From contig NW_019029004.1 of assembly GCF_002105155.1 (NCBI RefSeq), positions 372,001 to 436,000 on the forward strand: 64,000 nt of DNA, given 5' to 3'. The stretch is from Lobosporangium transversale. Its lineage: Eukaryota. Numbering within the stretch: the stretch's first letter is position 1; each line of letters opens with the position of its first letter. The translations under genes were made by a program, and so were the position numbers. The notes beneath the pieces were generated by a model, which was not told where the DNA came from, did no database searches, and was given only the letters and a program-made list of their open reading frames with translations. This document shows, one piece after another, positions 1 through 13,822 of the stretch.

Positions 1-840
1 GCTGCTATCCTCCCTGCTCCCCCTAGTCAAGATATTTGCGTGGAGCTCGACAACCAGGCAATTGTGATCCAATATCAACAGCTTGTCGAATCTCGGCACC
101 ATACGTTGCCTAGTAAACGTCTTCGATGTAACTATGCTGGGCTTTGAGCAGTAGTTTACCAACTCATCAACGGTAGACCAGTTTTAGTTAAGGTAAAGTG
201 GGTCCGTAGTCATAGTAACAGCGCTGGCAATGTGTTTGCTGATATGGTGAGTACTAGAGCAGCTAGGGTGGCTTCCGCATCTTGGAAAGTCGATCTCAGC
301 ACTCAATCTGGGACCCAACACTGTACGCTTTCAAGGCCAATTGGCTGAGTAAGACCTTCGTCAACTTCTCAAGTAATAAACCACCATCCGATGGCATCAA
401 GCATGGACAGCCCAACGACGCACAATAAAGAGCGATCTGTGACCATGATGATGTGGAGTGGCGATCAACGCTGGGCCATATCCATAATAAACGCCCTGTG
501 CACTCTTTCTACAGTAATGCCAAGGATACTGCAGCCCGGTGCCACCATACCAAGAAGCTACATGGTATGCTACCTACCCTCAATGTTATACAAGCTAGAA
601 AACCCTTCTTTACCCAGATCGAGTTTGCTGTGTCGGTGAGGCTGAAGACGAAGACAACAGCTATGTATGGACTTGTAGTGCCCTTGGTGAGGCCCACAAT
701 AACATTTGGGAGAAGGCTCTGTCGCGCATAGATCGCTAGGGCCGTGCAGCCACTACCAAATACAACAAGGGCCACAAGAACACGAACCTGAGGTGGGTCA
801 ACCTTGATCGAGACTTGCATTTATAAGAACCTTCATGCAT
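1..840 (+). mobile_element. Decayed non-LTR (LINE-like) retrotransposon 3' fragment: RNase H plus Cys-rich zf-RVT-like region
   Basis: Frame 1 from base 1 reads ...ICVELDNQA...*...VLVKVKWVRSHSNSAGNVFADMV (RNase H C-terminal WVxxHxxxxGNxxAD motif). Downstream are KKLHGMLPTLN and PDRVCCVGEAEDEDNSYVWTC. Stops and frameshifts are present. Right boundary approximate. Confidence 0.65.
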
Positions 841-1354
841 CAGTGGAGTATGTGCGATTTTAAGCACAGACAACAGAATCGACCGTGCTTCCTTCCTCGT
901 GGATCCACGTTATCTAAAAAAAAAAAAAAAAAAAAAAAAAACACGCATTTTATACTAATTATACTCTGTTTATTACAAGCATTATGAGAATGATCTTATG
1001 ACCTGCAGTCTCTTTCCAAAGAAAAACCAATTAAGTTATGAAGATTAGTGTGGAGGAGGAACATGGATAAAGTTTTTTTTTTTTTTTTTTTTTTTTTTTT
1101 GTTTTGATAACAAGGACCCTCAAGTTAAGAATCAACAAGTCCATCCATACTTTCTCATCCCAAATCCTAATGATATTGTGGGCCCTCGTTATCAAATATT
1201 TATGCGCCATCATTCTCTGGCCCTTTACATCTCTCTTTTTTTTGTGCACGGAATACTCGCTGTCTCTTCGAGCTGTAGAGCTTTATTATGAAGATAAATT
1301 TTGGAGAGAGGAAAGAAGAGTATGATCCGGCAAGCATCTAAGTTCGAACAGCGA

Positions 1355-4300
1355 TCATTCAGAATCAGATAGATCAACAAATCGCTGTTTTTTGTTGGCG
1401 TGATCCTTCTTATTTGGATCTGGTAGTTGTGAGGAAGAGGAGGAAGAGAAGGGAGAGGCCGCTAATGTAAGAGATTGGGTATCAGCGTTGGAAATCGCTC
1501 TTTGATCTTTACAGTTTCCGGGCCGTGGAGGCGCCTTTAACGTTGCGACCGATGCCAGTGTAGACAAAATAGGATCGTTTGCAGTCAACCTACGCTGTTT
1601 CCCTTTTTCAGTAGACGTCGCAGGAAGGATACGGGCTATTTGGGATACCGTGTTCGACTGCGTGGGGTTCCTTGACCCAGCTCCTCCTATCACTGATTGC
1701 TCTGCTGATGCGGATGCAGCGCGATTTCGTGCATTTCTTGCCTCCACCATATTTTTTGCACGCTGTTCACTCAAAGACAAAAGACGCTCACCTTCATTGT
1801 CGCTTCCATCGTCCAAATCAACCCATTTCTTAGCAGCTCCACTTCCTGGTGCGGCTGGCACTGGCTGTCGTGTCCCAAAAAATACATCTCCCTTGATTTC
1901 CCGGCCTCCATTGTTCTTGCTATCTAGTGCCGCCAATGCTGCTTTACTGCTCCTAGGCAAGGCGATGGGTCTTGTTGTTCCCTTGACATCAATAGTACGT
2001 TTTCGTTCGCTCGGTAGTAAATTTGATAGAGGTCGCATTGGGGAAGGAGGCGATTTGATACGCTCTGTTAATAGCCGGATAGATCGCTCTCTAGCCTCGA
2101 GATCATCGTTGTTTCGTTTTGGGCTGCCAGGCACAAATTGTCCAGTAACTGGATTATATCCCATCCTACGGACCATCTCTGCAGGGAAAAGCTCCGAGTT
2201 GTTGGGAGGTGTTTCTTGGAATGAATCAACAACAAATAAATTAAATATCAATATCGAATCCTACAACGTAGTGATATATTGAGATGAATGGTATAGCCCG
2301 AAAACAAAAATTAAAATATAAACATACTAGGCGAGGTCACATCCTTTGCCCAAGCTACGTCTTTACTCGCTTTGGCTTGCCGCAGATATTGGCCACCTGG
2401 GTTGTTTTGGCTCATCAGAAATGACGAAAGAATGCTATCCTCCTGAGCAAGACTCTTCTTTGAAGCTTTGGAGTCTAACAAAGACGAAGTCCCTATGCCA
2501 CCATCATCAAAAATATATGTCGTCTCCTTATAATCGCGCGCCATCATTCGCAGCCTCGCTGATGAGGGGCTCTTAAAGCTGCTCTCTCCTACCTTGCGTA
2601 ATACGCTTGGGGATGGCATTTGAGCTAAAGGTTTCTCCAAGTCGTAAATCGAACTTGTACCAGCAATAAGACACCCATGTTGATTGCGACGTTTATTTGT
2701 GAGCATCATGATGTGATGGGCGCATAATCTCGAAGCCCTTCTGTCCACAACACGCCCACACTCTTTTCCGTCTAGCTTGATTGCTTCGCACTGACCAAAG
2801 TCTGCACTAGTACCAACGACAAGTAAGCAGTCCGGATGCTCCACTTCCACACCCAATATTCCTGCACGCTAAAGTACCAACAATAGAAACGGATTAATGC
2901 ATGACGGCTATCATGGCGTTGTAGGTATTATTCCAAGCTCAAGTCTTTCAAACGAAATGCTATCCATACCTCGGCTTGATTCAGCACCTTAGGATCCATT
3001 ATGATGACCACATCTCCAATCCTTAATCTTCCATGATGCTTGTCCATAACCTTCCTGAACATGAATACGTTAATCATATGGCTTTTTAAGTCACACAACT
3101 GAAAATGACAATATTGCATCTTCTTTTTTGTCATTCTTATCTTTGACTTGGCACCTATTACTCCTCCCACAACCCAACTACCGCCATTTTGCCCATTCGC
3201 TATACCGCTAATATCACTATCGGTTGCTGCTGACCCTGGTATCGATATAGACGTCGAAGAGCTTAAGAGACCGGCTGCATAAGGCTTGAGAGACTTCTCT
3301 CTTATGCGTTCACCGTCCTTAATATGAACATTTTTCAAGCCACGAGTCATCCTCGCCATATCTTCGCACCCTGTTTCACGATCCCTATAGATCCAGAGGG
3401 AGGATATGTGGTCAATACAGAATGGATCCCATTTGGAATTCAGTTGAAAGTTGTAATCGGCCGAACCCATACTTTATCCGCAGTCCAGTTAAAGGATCAA
3501 AGCCCGAGGTATGCCCAAGCCTTGTTACTTCAGCTGCAGAGATAGGCTCGGAAGCAGCTGCCATTGTCAGAAATGTTGCCTTTGGGAATTGTTTCCTTGT
3601 AAGTTCAGTCTCTCTTTTTAGTTTTTGAGCCTCAACTGCCTCTGTAAGTTTATTATTCGATACTCCAGTTTCTCCCAATACCTGACTGAGAGCACACCGA
3701 CCATCCAAGTTCTCGCTGTTGGTAACTGAGGGACTACATGGCATTATTGACCCACAGGTGTCAAATGACTGAACATCATCGTCTGAATCAAAGAGAGCAT
3801 CCAAGAAAGTACTGTCAAGCTCGTTGTCTGGAAGATCAGGGAAAGTATTTTCAATTGTCCCACTTGTGCCATCCCTTGGGCTGCTCATTTCCGATATTTT
3901 ATGGAACGACGGTGTATTTACACGAGTGCCACTGAAGTTTGCATTATATTGCCGTTGCCTCTGGGTTGAAGGGGTTGGCGACGCATGTCTACCCTGCATG
4001 GAAGACGATAATCGCCTAGAGATGGGAGAAGGGCTATGCTGCCTCTTCCTTCCAGAAGATGGAGAAGATGGAGACATGAAAAACCTTGTAGGCGATGGGG
4101 GGGATGGTGACCGAAATCCTGGGGAAATTAGAGGCGTTGTATTTTTTTTGGGAGGGGTAGTCAACACTGCTTCCGTAGTCGCTTGTTCGTCGCTATGGGT
4201 ATCCCCATTGGAAGTGTTTTTCCCAGGAGTTGTGCAGACCAACATCTCCGCAAGTGTTGGACGCGTTGGTGTTGAGGGAGCGTCATAGCAGATGTCGGAG

Positions 4301-4754
4301 TCATTGCTCTCAGCCTGTGCAATGAGTTGGCCTGGGGATGTGGTACCCATGGCGACGGGAGCGCTTTCTTTGCCCGATTTCTTGGCTGCCTTTTGAAGCT
4401 GTTTTGCGCGCAATTTAGCCTCGATTCTGGTCTTCATCTGTATCAATTCCTCCAAGCGCGCCACTATATCCGAGCGGTACAGTTTAGCGGGTGATTTATG
4501 TCAGTCAAAAATAAGAGGATAAACTGTCCAACATTTCATACTTCTGAGTAACGCTCAAGCCATAAGATGAGCTTACAATCTTCTGCATCAGAAGAGGAAT
4601 GTGTCTCTTCTATTGTTCCCTTTATTTTTCCATCTTCCTGGCTCACATGAATTTTCTCAGACACATGAGAATGTTGTTGATGCTGGTCCTGGTCCTGGTC
4701 CTGATTTGTGTCCGAGTTCATGTCAAATAAGGCTGCGCCAGTGCCGGTGTGCAT
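1355..4754 (-). CDS. MCM10: DNA replication factor Mcm10 (multi-exon)
   Basis: DPLTGLRIK, OB-fold segment WVVGGVIGAKSKIRMTKKKMQYCHFQLCDL...IGDVVIIMDP, and CCCH zinc finger GTSADFGQCEAIKLDGKECGRVVDRRASRLCAHH, spread over ORFs 4536-4754, 3412-4464, 2928-3470, 2311-2856 and 1355-2251 and joined by GT-AG introns. Confidence 0.88.
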
Positions 4755-4982
4755 CGTCAGCTAGTCAAGTCTTAATTCAGTTACTCCTCACGGTGTCGTT
4801 TGAAATGTGCAAAGGTTTTTTGAATGTGAGAAAGTGGTAAAAGAATGCGAGCGAGAACCAGTCACTTTATTTTGGTTTGGTTCGAATTATTCTCATTAAG
4901 ACAGCTGCATTAATTAGAGCAGAATAAGAATGAGGTGAAGAGAGACAAAGGACGAGCTATTGGATGGATTACCACTTTCGTA

Positions 4983-5013
<31 letters not shown>

Positions 5014-5014
<1 letters not shown>

Positions 5015-6338
5015 TGGCAGTTAAAAAGGCAAAAAAGCTCTCAAACAAGAGAAGGCGAATCCCTGTAACAACAACAGGAGCCAGTGAATCTGTGGAACAC
5101 CACATTCCAACTTCAAAAATCTCTATGGCCAATACTTCAGACTCACTGTCAGTTCTCAAGTCTTTAACTCCTTTAGGCACGGTGACTACATCCGCTGCAT
5201 CCTCTTTACTGACCGTCAAAAGTTCCAAGGCTATCTCCTGTAAAAAGTCATCCCTTGCCACTGCACAGTTAATCCGTCGTTATCACACCCTTAATAAGGA
5301 GCTTTCTAAGTGCTTGGCACGAATTGAGAGTAGCAAAGCCAATGATAACTCATCAAGCCATGGTCATTCTCAGAACTACTCTCAACAGGATACCGCAGCG
5401 GACCTTGCGAGGATTACTGAGATCCGTCAAGAAATGGATGATCTTGGCGGGCTAGACATGTACCAAAAAGCATCTACCCTTGGTCAATCCAAACAACGTG
5501 GAGGTGACTCGAGTAAGTGGCTAGTACCTATCTTAGAGAGCCACTATCTTCAACTGAATAAAAAGGTAGGATATTCTTTTTCATGTTCGGCCTACGTCTC
5601 CAATAATTGTCAGGAGAAGGTATGGTGTAAATTACTTAAATATCAAACTAAGAATTCATTTGTTTCGTATAGCCTGGGCTACCATTGAGGCTGTTGGATA
5701 TCGGCGCGTTATCTCCATACAACTACCAAAAATATTCTTCTTGGATCCAAACCACGCCAATAGACCTTAACCCACAGGATCCTTTGATCGCGAAAATGGA
5801 CTTCCTTGAGATGCCTATCCCTACAGACCGAGAGCACCTCTTTGATGTAGTCTGCCTTTCATTGGTGATCAACTTTGTAGGTGATCCTAAGCAGCGTGGA
5901 GAGATCCTACGTCGGTCCACATACTTCTTGATGCCTGGAACAGGGATATTATACTTAGTCTTGCCATTACCTTGCATCCAAAACTCCCGGTATATGGACC
6001 ACGGTTTGCTCGTGGAGATGATGCAAGCCCTTGGATACACATCTTTACTGAAGTATCATTTTGCAAGGAAATTAGCCTACTATGCTTTCAAGCTCGATGC
6101 TGCTGTTGCAGCGCCAAAAAATAAACACAAGGCCCATCGATCTTCAGAGAACGTAGCACATCCATTGTTTCCCAAAAAACTACGCCATGACAAACCCAAT
6201 CGGAACAAGTAGGCAATAGCTCAATCAAAAGCTCAATGTAGACTGTTGATGGAAGATATATTTCAAGCACCTAATCGCAATATCTTTTTTTATTTTTTAT
6301 TTTTATTATTGATTAGCTTCTCTATTATTCTCACATAA
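5014..6338 (+). CDS. BMT2: 25S rRNA adenine-N1 methyltransferase Bmt2-like (3 exons)
   Basis: LGGLDMYQKASTLGQSKQRGGDSSKWLV, SAM motif LRLLDIGALS, and FDVVCLSLVINFVGDPKQRGEIL. ATG at 5014; the short last exon after TAG 6316 ends at TAA 6338. Confidence 0.88.
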
Positions 6339-6823
6339 GTTACGGCTATCCTCAGAATCTTGTACTTTTATTGACATCATGACATTAATAATAAATAACA
6401 AAGAGTGTTCTCTTGAACAATTCTTTTATTCATTGCGCGAGTACAGCAAATGCGCCAATGAACATTTACTCCGCCGCTCTAAGCACGATCATTCTCAATG
6501 GATCATTTTCATTTGAGGACAAATATACTGTGGGACCATGCCGGAGAAGTTATATTCTAAGCAGTGTAGCCCTCTTGCTTCAACTTTCCCAATCTATCTA
6601 TACCACATGTCAACCTGAAGAACTGGATATATGCAACATTGGGCATTGTCTTTGTAAATTATACATAGCCAAATCCTTCGCTTGCCTTCTCCCCTCCCAT
6701 CCTCAAAAAAAAAAAAAAAAAAAAAAAAAGTCGAGAGAAAAATGCTCGCGTATTTAAAATAGTTCTGTCTTTTTTTTACTATCTCAAGGGCTTCATTCGA
6801 TCTCCAATCCCACATGCTAAAGT

Positions 6824-8373
6824 TTACCCATAGATCGCATCCACGACGGATACCAAAGCTTGACGGAGACTTTTCATCATGTTATCATCATTTTCGTCGG
6901 AATCGCAAATAATCTCAAGGATAGATTCCCTTTCTGCAGGCTCAAGTTTGATTTCCTTATCTCTAACCAAATTTTCCACAGCATGTATTTTTTGATGAAA
7001 TCCGCGACTCACTTGTCTTTGTAAAATAGAGATCGAACGGTGTGGAATATATACCTTAGCCGACCAGTCGCTCTGAGCTATTCTCGCCAACACACTAACT
7101 ACTACAGCAATTGCAAGTGAAAAAATCTCCGCCTGATCTCCACCGATGTCACACACTCTGATTTCGTCTTGCTCTTTTACCAGAGGATCTGATATGGATA
7201 AAGTAACATCTTTCGAACTACAATACCGCCGTATATTTGATCCATGTTCTCCTGCCATGAGCCTAACTTGCTCCATTGTCAGTAATAATTGAAGGTGATA
7301 ACGCTTGGTGTGCATAGCTTTAAGACATGATTGCATCTCTGGCCTCAGGACATAGCCTACTGGAACTTTCGAATCCATTATGCTGCCTGTACCTCTGTGA
7401 TCCCAAGTCACCGCCATATTTTTGGGGATAATACTCCGTCGGCCAGCTCGGCCACCTCGGTAATAGCCCTCACAAATATCCTGAGAGACATCCACCTCTG
7501 ACAATGCCCGCATGACATATCTCAGTGCACTACCTATAGTTTTATCTAATGAGCACGACTCCATTGTAATTAGACACTCTTGCGATGCACGGAAAACAGG
7601 ACCAAAATTACGAGTCATCGCAGATTTCAATTCCGGAATTGAGGACTCCTGTTGAAGCTGATCAGAATGATTGGTCGCCATGTTTTCGAGTGGTGGGAAC
7701 AGTGCACTAACCATTTGAGATGGAACTAGGATACACAATTTCCATAGAGTGAATCCTCCGGATCGTGGGACGATCTTTCTCAAGAATTCTAACGCAGCCT
7801 TATAAACACGGCCCGTGGATCCAGATATTCCAAGGACAATGTCCTGATTTTCATGGACTGATTTCGATTCATGAGGGATCATATAAGTATCAACAACAAA
7901 TTGCGAACGTATAGGTCCAACCAAGGCAGCAAACTCAGTCCCCCTTGGTATTTGATACGCTGAAAATACGAGTCGAAAATGAATAAGAGGCATATTATCA
8001 CCCGCTAGCTGAAAGTATTCCCTTGAGTGGTATCCATGGAGAGAATCATCTGGCTTGTCGTAAGATTGAATAGGGTCTTCATAAACTAATGCCTCATCCT
8101 CAGGCTCTATCTGACAGATGCTGCTTCCTTTCTCAAAACTAATCATGCCTCCACCGTGACTGGGTTTCCAGCGATCTAATGTACGTGACAGTTCATAGTC
8201 TGCGATGTCACTGGCCTTTGCTGAATCAAGTAAGGGAGACGCAGGAGGCGAAGCTGGGTGTTGCACTGAAAAGCTGCCTGTCAGGCTTGAATTCAAAGTA
8301 ACGTTGTCTAGAGTGAATGTCATCTGGTCATAGCGAGAGAGGATCAACTCAATAGAAACATTCTCTTTAGCGG

Positions 8374-8411
<38 letters not shown>

Positions 8412-9124
8412 GATAAAAGCAATATCATAACTTGGGTGCTTACCTCATCCAACTTTCCTGAGTCCATGACGACCAGCCCTTCATTATCAGGCTCACTTGC
8501 AGTCTCTGCGGTGGCAAAACCATTTGCATGTACACTGATGTTATTTAAACTTATACTTGGTACAATGGAGTTGATGGAGGCTCTATCAGTTGGTGAATCG
8601 TGAGGCGAAGTTGATTGATGTTGTGATCGCTTAGGGTTTGTTGCAGACTCCATACTTGCTTGCAGGGTGGGCCATTCTGAACCCGTGAATCGCCAGGAAG
8701 GTGCACGGCCATCCTGGATTGCTCCATCACGCTGTAACTGAGGCCCTCGGGATCCTATATTATAATCGTCGACATGACCTTGATGTGATGTAGCCTGGAT
8801 ATTGAAGTGCCCAAAATTGTTGGAGGCTTCAATTGATGATATGCGACCCCGCCCATGTTCGCTCTGCTGATGAGTGTGAATGTAATTACTGCTGTACCTC
8901 TCATCTTCTCCGTTATTTGAAAGTACAGATGCAGGCGTAGACGAAAACTCTGTATCTAGATACTCTTCCTGCCGCGGAATTGATGGCGCCAAGTTATCAG
9001 CGAGTGCCCGAGAAGAAGTCGCGACTGAGTGCGACACTCTGGGAGCAGAATTTAGCGCTAGCAGAGCGTCTCTGATGTTCTTATGAGAGTAGTATGTAAG
9101 TGTAAATGGATCAAGGGATCTCAT
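6824..9124 (-). CDS. Hypothetical protein with disordered N-terminus and degenerate KH-like repeats
   Basis: Long ORF with first ATG at 9124 and a probable 120-nt in-frame intron at 8324-8443 (GTAAGC...CAG, poly-T). Segment LQLLLTMEQVRLMAGEHGSNIRRYCSSKDVTLSIS...IRVCDIGG resembles a type I KH domain. Confidence 0.6.
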
Positions 9125-9273
9125 CTCAGCCAGTAATGAATGATGCCAACAATAATAGGCATAAAACAAAAAAACAAAAAAAAAAAATAAACCTCTTTTC
9201 CAAAAGCCACTGTGTATATCTTTTTTTTTTTTTTTTTTTGTAAAATGCTCTACGCCATTTGTCTTTTCTCACC

Positions 9274-10230
9274 ATGTCGCGTCTTGACCGCACCCGCACA
9301 TCTGCTCATCAACTGCGCCCATTCTTTTCCTCTCAGAACCTACTTAATCGCTCCGATGGCTCAGCCCAATTTGATTTTGGTAATGCCATTTTTTGAACAA
9401 CTTTATTCTTGACTCTTGAGGACAGAAATGGCAATATGGTTGTGAACTTAATACGACACTTGGTTTACATATTTATATTCTCGATTTTTTATCTTTTCAG
9501 GTGGATCATCCGTACTATGTTCTGTCGTCGGCCCTGCAGAAGTTAAACTCAGGGATGAAAAACTGGACAAGGCTACCATTGAGGTTGTTGCTAGGCCACT
9601 AGTTGGCCTGCCTGGTGTCAAAGACAAGGCTCTCGAACAAAATATCAGAGAGTCATTGGAGCCTTTGATCTTGTCGGGGCTTCACCCTCGCACAATGCTT
9701 CAGATTGTAATCCAAACAATGAAAGATGATGGATGTGTAAGTAAATTATCTCAGCTCTTGTGTTACCCAATGTCTTCTTTTAGCATCATCTGAACTCCTG
9801 ATCATTGTAATAATAGATCTTGTCAACAGCCTTTAATGCTGTCATTTTGGCCCTTCTCGACGCCGGCATACCTCTTAAATCCATTCTTGGGTCTGTAACA
9901 TGCATGATTGACGCACAATCTAGCGAGATATTGCTTGATCCGACAACAGAAGAACTCTCGCGAGCCAGATCAACTCATGTATTTGTGTTTGATAACAAGT
10001 CTTCAGTACAATCAGAGCAAGGAAAAATGAATGTCGATACAGATGACCAAGAAGCAGGAACATCTAGTTTGGCGGCAGTACTTTTCTCAGATAGTACAGG
10101 AATGTTCACAGAACAGGAGTACTTCGAGTGCGCACATTTCTGTTTCAAGGCATCACAAGCAGTACATGGATTCATCAGAACAGCAGTGCAAAAAAAGCTA
10201 GAGAAAGAGTACCAGCAAACTCAAGCATGA
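9274..10230 (+). CDS. RRP46: Exosome core subunit Rrp46 (RNase PH family, 3 exons)
   Basis: MSRLDRTRTSAHQLRPF...LLNRSDGSAQFDFG|GSSVLCSVVGPAEVKLRDEKLDKATIEV...LHPRTMLQIVIQTMKDDG|...AFNAVILALLDAGIPLKS...LLDPT. Confidence 0.88.
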
Positions 10231-11514
10231 AAGGCCAATCTAATTCATCCATCAGGCTTTTATTATTATCCACACAATAAACACGACATCCGTCAGCGCA
10301 TTATTTTGCATGACTTCTTGATTTGTTCCGACATACCTTGTTGTTTGCATTTCCGTTACTCGATAGGTTATGGTCAGTGGAAATGCTTTCTGGGCTTATT
10401 AATTACAAGACTAAAAGGCTTGGCGAAAATGCTCCAAGCTTGAGAACCAGATTTTCTTAATGTTCAGGTAAGTAAGTAAATTTTATTGAAGGTACATGGA
10501 CGACGATTTTCCTTGGAAGGCTGGTCATGAGGCCTAGATCAATAATTAATAACAAGAGATAAAATGTAATGTTTTCGTAATGTTGAATACCAAAGCTTGA
10601 ACTGGATCATGTCCGCCCAAGGTAATGTAATTTCAATCAAATGTGTTGCGGTTAGTAAGTAACAATCAGCCAAACAGTTCATAAATTAAGCAACGTCCGC
10701 AATGTTTTTCTGATTAAGCAACATATTGTGTGCAGGCAGCCATTCGTCAGATTTGGGGTCAGTTTAGTGCTATCAAGTCCAGCTATTATCTGATGAGCCG
10801 TAATGTCTATTACCGACGAGACCTGAGTGGGCTCGATTGGTTCGTCCTCTTGAAGTGACACTTAAAGGACGTGAAAGAACGACCCTTGAAGGGATAACTG
10901 TCAAAATAGCACAATGGGCGCATAACAATTAGGGGAGTTCTTTCCGCCCTAGCCCAGACTCGTTTTTCAACATAGACGTTTAGTATAGCTAGCCATACTT
11001 GTAATCTTGGTTGCACAGAAGGAGATGTTGATTAAACTCCTCTGCTGCCTGGCAAATCATCGAGGCGCTATTACGCCCAAGTTTTCCGTGGATTTTTCTA
11101 GAGATAAAATTCGATTGCACTATGAACGATATAATCAAACAAAAGATTCTTTACAGTTGATCTTCTCGCTCGATAACAACTATAAGCTCCAGCGAAACAA
11201 AAGTCCTGGGCCATAAGCCTTCCTCTATTCATCCAAATGATACCGACGTAGCCTATCATTAGCTACAGACTTGAATAAGGATTGGACTACTTACTCTTGA
11301 CAGATTTTCTCACGTGTAGAAGAATTATTGACCTCCTTTATTTATATGGAAGTGGTAACTACGAACAAGGAGAAAAAACAAAAAAAGTAAAGAGAAAAAC
11401 ATAAAAAGGCTTGCATGATCCTGCGTTGCCATGTCCGGCAATTGTTATTGATGGTGGTAATAACAGTAATGATGATAATTTGTGGTGTGCAATGGGCTCT
11501 CAAGACGCTACTTT

Positions 11515-12828
11515 CTAAATGGCCATACTCTCACGTAACTCCCTGAGTTCGGCCTCTTCCTCGTCTTCTACTTCTATTGAATGAAAAGGCCACCAAAGGA
11601 GCATATCGTTAATAGATATTCGCTCTAATTAGAGACTCAATAATCAACGACATTATACAAACACAACTATACCTGGAGGATGGACAGGCACCGAAGGCAA
11701 GCCAATTTGGGGTGGTCGTTCAGTTTCCATAAGTTTCTTGTCCAACTCTTCTTGCTCAAGCTCGTCAAGTTCAGCTGCCAATTCATCCTAGGTAATATGG
11801 TTTGTACATATCAGAAGTTAGCCTCTTAACAGATAAATGCTCCAATTACGGTGCTATCAAAATCGATGTTGGAGTCCTGCTGAACATCATGCCCGCCATA
11901 CCTCATCCATTTCAATGCCAAACCCAACGGGCTGTGAAATAACATCTGAAATCTCATTGGCGAGCTCCATCTGGTCCCTAATCTCCTCCATTGTCTGGTC
12001 AACCTTGTTGATATCCCTATTATTGATGACCAATAATACAAAAAAATAAGAGTCAACATATAGCCGTTTCAACAGTGAATATAGTCCTAATAAAGTAATG
12101 TCCAGAGTATACAGACATTTTGTCTGCTTTCAATTCACTAGAACAATTCAAAGGAAGCTAATAGAACAAGTCGCTCCTTACATGGCACCATGGATACCCT
12201 TCATAGCTTCAGCACCTGCACGCATAGCCTTCATAGTCTCAAGATTGACATTAGCATTTTCAATGGCCATGACCTGCGTCTCTATTGTCAGCCGTGAACC
12301 CGAAATGCGTTCGATCACTCCTTCATACTGTTTCTTACGCTTCAATGCCATGAGCGCGGCTACAAAAGATTTATTTTTTAAAATAAAAAAAAAAAAAAAA
12401 AAAAAATGCAACGTGGCGTCAATTTCAGTGCCCTTGCGTTTCATTTCTCATGTTTATTTTTCCTCGCTATGTTGTATGGAAATTGAGACATAATTGCCGC
12501 TATCGATGCTACTGCGGTTGATGAGAAGTGGTGCATTTACACTATACGCCACATGCCGAATCACTCTGCCAACCTTCTTTATTGATTTATTCCATGTCAA
12601 ATGAGAATGAATGAACAGAAATCAACAAGCAGGCGAAAGCAAAGGCAAGGATTCGCGAACTTTACCTCTGCGATTCTTGGTGGCATTTGCTTTTGCAATC
12701 TTGAGCTCATTGTCGATCTTTGTTTGTAAGAAGGTTTCTCTTTTTTCGAGCATCTGCAATGTGTTCCTGAGCTCGACAATCGAGTCCTTAGGAGTAGCCT
12801 TTGGCTTCCTTCCAAAAAAGAGATTCAT
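11515..12828 (-). CDS. SNF7: ESCRT-III subunit Snf7/Vps32 (multi-exon)
   Basis: MNLFFGRKPKATPKDSIVELRNTLQMLEKRE...AKANATKNRR|AALMALKRKKQYE...IETQVMAIENANVNLETMKAM...DINKVDQTMEEIRDQMELANEISDVIS, ending EEEAELRELRESMAI*. Confidence 0.93.
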
Positions 12829-13079
12829 TTGAATTGATTTTGTATTTGCTTTGTATGTGAAAGTAACAGTATGTGAGAGGAAAGAGGGAGGGAGAGAGAC
12901 AAGTGGTGTAACTGTATTGTGTTGCAAATGAGAATAAGGGGGGTCAAGGCAAATTGCAATGTGACTTTACTTCAAAAAAAAAATGACGTGCATCTCCAGT
13001 GTCAGGCACATGAATTGTAAGAGTTTTAATCAAAATGACTGACTATCTTAGTACTAACAAGGTCTTAATAATCATTACT

Positions 13080-13822
13080 TCAGTATTTTGTTGCGGCTGC
13101 GGCCAAGAAGAGCTTGACACATGCAGCCATTCCTGCAGCCCAAATACCGGTACGTGCGAGAGCTGTGATCTGATTTGTATTGAAGATATACACGAGTGTG
13201 TACAATGCGCGAGATGCAACAAAGAAACCGGCATAAAAGTTAATTGTATCCTTTGCAACTCCTGCTTGAAGTGCAGCAAGCTATTATAAAAAAAAAATGA
13301 AGACAGGTTGGAAATAGAATCAAACTCTACCATAAAGTGTCACCGTAAAAAAAAAAAAAGAAAAAAAAACGAAATGTTTGAATCAACTTACAACAGCGCC
13401 GTAGAAGATAGGTAATGTCTCTAGGCCATTGATATGAGCACTTTTGGTACGTTTAGCCATAGCCCAGGCCGCCTTTGACATGCGGTTCTCAATCTTCTCA
13501 AGTTGGTCCCTAGGACTGACTATTGATCCATAGGTGAACGAATATAGAAAACTTCAATTAGTGTCACTTCATTTCCTTGCCTTGATAAAAAAAACCCCCG
13601 CAAGTTCATACTGTTGTTCCATCGTTTAGTGGCGTTGATGACGATCTATAATACAACATGAGCAATTGCTGTTAGCCCCATGATTCGATATTAAACCCAT
13701 GTACAATAAAAAATGCAAAGGATATTCTTCTATACCAAGGCGTGAATAAAGTGGGGCGCATAAGCAATTCCAGCTGCGACGGGGAGTGAGAGTAAAGGGA
13801 AATTAGGATATGCAGCAGGCAT
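13080..13822 (-). CDS. MAPEG-superfamily small membrane protein (4 exons; correct frame absent from the ORF track)
   Basis: Manual splicing gives MPAAYPNFPLLSLPVAAGIAYAPHFIHAL|IVINATKRWNN|ISPRDQLEKIENRMSKAAWAMAKRTKSAHINGLETLPIFYGAV|LAALQAG...FFVASRALYTLVYIF...ALARTGIWAAG...KY*. It carries the RxxxAHxNxxExLPxF MAPEG motif. Confidence 0.8.

Noticed and set aside
915..940. Poly(A) tail of the LINE-like fragment
   Set aside because: Similar A-runs are ubiquitous in this window, so it is not diagnostic.
3412..3470. Apparent programmed frameshift in MCM10 (overlapping ORFs)
   Set aside because: Explained by a GTATGG...CTATAG intron that restores the frame (GLRIK|DRET).
10330..11340. Stop-riddled coding-like sequence between RRP46 and SNF7
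   Set aside because: No motif I can assign with confidence; possibly an old TE relic.
13035..13289. Cys-rich 84-aa plus-strand ORF resembling a metallothionein or zinc finger
   Set aside because: It is the antisense shadow of the Ala-rich (GCA codon) last exon of the MAPEG gene.
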